Source: Tubiluchus corallicola (lineage: Eukaryota; Animalia; Priapulida). From it: DNA of 64,000 bases. The position numbers and the translations under genes were made by a program. This document shows positions 62,031 to 64,000 of this stretch, piece after piece (position 1 is the first letter of the stretch; each line of letters starts with the position of its first letter). The notes under the pieces were generated by a model. It was not told the DNA's origin, did no database searches, and was given only the letters and a program-made list of their open reading frames with translations. Location: NCBI GenBank assembly GCA_030141605.1, contig JAQGDQ010000569.1:62001-126000 (forward strand), read 5' to 3'.

Positions 62031-63818
62031 ATGTTCGGTTGGGGTAGCCATGGTGACGGAGAGCTGGGGCTGGGAGGCATTGAGGAAGAATGTCTCTTGG
62101 TACCAACGAGGTAACAATGTTGTAATAAATTATTCAAGAAATAAGAAGAAAAAATATTGGCTTGCTGTTGCCTTTCTTTTATCGTTTTGCCAAAAATGTC
62201 AAGCTAATAAGTAATTAGTATCATTTACATTTTCTCTTCATGGTGAAGTCATTCAACTTTTCAATTTCAGTGTCTGTACGTCGACGAATGTGCTTTTATG
62301 CAGTTACCAGTCTGCCAGTTAGAACAGTTACCAGTCTACCATTGTGACAAATCAATTATTATTATTATCATAAGTGTCACATTTGCTAGGCAACAATACA
62401 TTAGTGCCAGACAATAAATGTGGATGATTACTGTCTGATTTTCCACATGCCAGCCTAGTTTTTTAGACAACAGCAAAGTTGATGAAGTATACTAGATTAA
62501 CTTTATAATGTCAAAAAGCTGCTTGTGCAAAGACAGAAAATGTGTTTGATTTCACATTTAATCGAAAGTCATACATCATGCCTAAATGATATATAAAGCT
62601 ATCACAGAGTCCAATAGTACATAGATAATCCACAGCGTTGATAATCCGCTGACAGATAAAATAATCAAAAGTAACTATACTGCAAATCCTAGCTGTTAAG
62701 TGAAACGTCATTAGATGGGGAGTCTATAAACTAGAACTTCACCGATAAGTGACATTTTGCTAAAGTATGAGTCACTCTAAATGGGTGTGACGTTAACTGA
62801 AACATTGTTAAATTGGGAGTTGCTAAGAGAAAACTTTGCTGTTTAGTGAAATATCATTAAATTAGGAGTCGCTAAGCAAGGACTTTGTTTTTGTTGTTGC
62901 GTGAAACATCGCTAATTTACATGTCACTAAGTGAGGACTTTTTTGTTAAGTGAAATGTTGCTAAATTGTGAGTCACTAAGTGAGGACTTTTTTGTTAAGT
63001 GAAATGTTGCTAAATTGTGATTCACTAAGTGAAACCTTTGTTGTTTAGTGAAACATCGTTAAATTATGAGTCACTAATTGAGGACTATGCTGTTAAGTGA
63101 AACATCTTAAAATCAGGAGTCACTAAGTGAGGACTATGCTGTTAAGTGAAACATCGTTAAATTATGAGTCACTAAGTGAGGACTATGCTGTTAAGTGAAA
63201 CGTCTTAAAATCAGGAGTCACTAAGTGAGGACTATGCTGTTAAGTGAAACATCGTTAAATTATGACTCACTAACTGAGGACTAGGCTGTTAAGTGAAACC
63301 TTAAAATCAGGAGTCACTAAGTGAGGACTGTGCTGTTAAGTGAAACATCGTTAAATTATGAGTTACAAAGTGAGGACTATGCTGTTAAGTGAAACATCGT
63401 TAAATTATGAGTCACTAACTGAGGACTATGCTGTTAAGTGAAACATCGTTAAATTATGAGTCACTAAGTGAGGACTATGCTGTTAAGTGAAACATCGTTA
63501 AATCAGGAGTCACTAAGTGTGCTCTGATCTGCATATGGATTTTTCCGCGAGCGTTGAATTACTGATACTTTTTACCTTTTGCGTGTGATACATGGCTTCC
63601 TGATTTACAACAACCGTGCTCTTTGTTGATCTAGGATAAGGACAATTGAAGCCAAGCGTGTAAAAGAAATAGCATGTGGTAGGAAACACACCCTCGTCCT
63701 TCTCCGCAGCGGAGTCGTCTATTCGTGCGGAAACAATGACTACGGACAGCTCGGGCACGAGAAATCTCGCAAGAAACTGGAGCAAATAACAAACTTAGAA
63801 TCGCAGATTATTACACAG
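62031..63818 (+). CDS. HERC4: HERC3/HERC4-like E3 ubiquitin ligase, N-terminal RCC1-like domain (first two coding exons; gene continues beyond the window)
   Basis: Exon 62031-62110 (MFGWGSHGDGELGLGGIEEECLLVPT) splices in frame to exon 63635-63818 (IRTIEAKRVKEIACGRKHTLVLLRSGVVYSCGNNDYGQLGHEKSRKKLEQITNLESQIITQ). The GQLGHEKSRKK and GLGGIEEE motifs are characteristic of the small HERC N-terminus. Confidence 0.85.
62740..63518. repeat. Tandem repeat, 49-bp unit, ~15 copies (degenerate at the left), in a HERC intron
   Basis: GAGTCACTAAGTGAGGACTATGCTGTTAAGTGAAACATCGTTAAATTAT. Confidence 0.9.
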
Positions 63819-64000
63819 GTTATAACTTATTATTATTATCATCATCATCATTATCATCATTCATCGTCGTCGTTGTCGTCGTCGTCGTCATTTTGACTTG
63901 TCCGGATAAAGTTAGAGCTGGCAGTAGTTAAGGGAATGTATCGAGTTTTGAAACCATGAGTATCAACCTACTATCATGGATATAGGTGGCGCTGTTGTAT

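Overview
Eukaryotic (AT-rich, intron-rich, invertebrate-like) genomic window. Layout: a complete 8-exon hnRNP A/B-D (squid-like, 2xRRM + Gly/Tyr tail + PY-NLS) gene on + (1268-12468). Next is a tandem duplication carrying two genes on - (20985-24164, 28633-31308), each with an intron-free CDS encoding a long N-terminal ankyrin array fused to a cGAS/Mab-21-like nucleotidyltransferase with an intact catalytic triad (ANK-cGLR). After that come a nest of LINE/MITE debris (32.3-39.2 kb, including an N gap), a second 8-exon hnRNP paralogue on - (45615-59694) with identical intron positions, and, head-to-head with it, the first two coding exons of a HERC3/4-like E3 ligase on + (62031 onward). The introns hold many MITEs with recognisable TIR/TSD, a 5S-rRNA-derived SINE with an RTE-like tail, a tRNA SINE, a solo LTR and at least eight minisatellites. 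The main candidate for a novel system is the ankyrin-cGAS-like receptor pair: the copies differ by exactly five ankyrin repeats, and their substitutions cluster in the catalytic lobe. All calls come from manual reading and motif recognition; no database searches were run.
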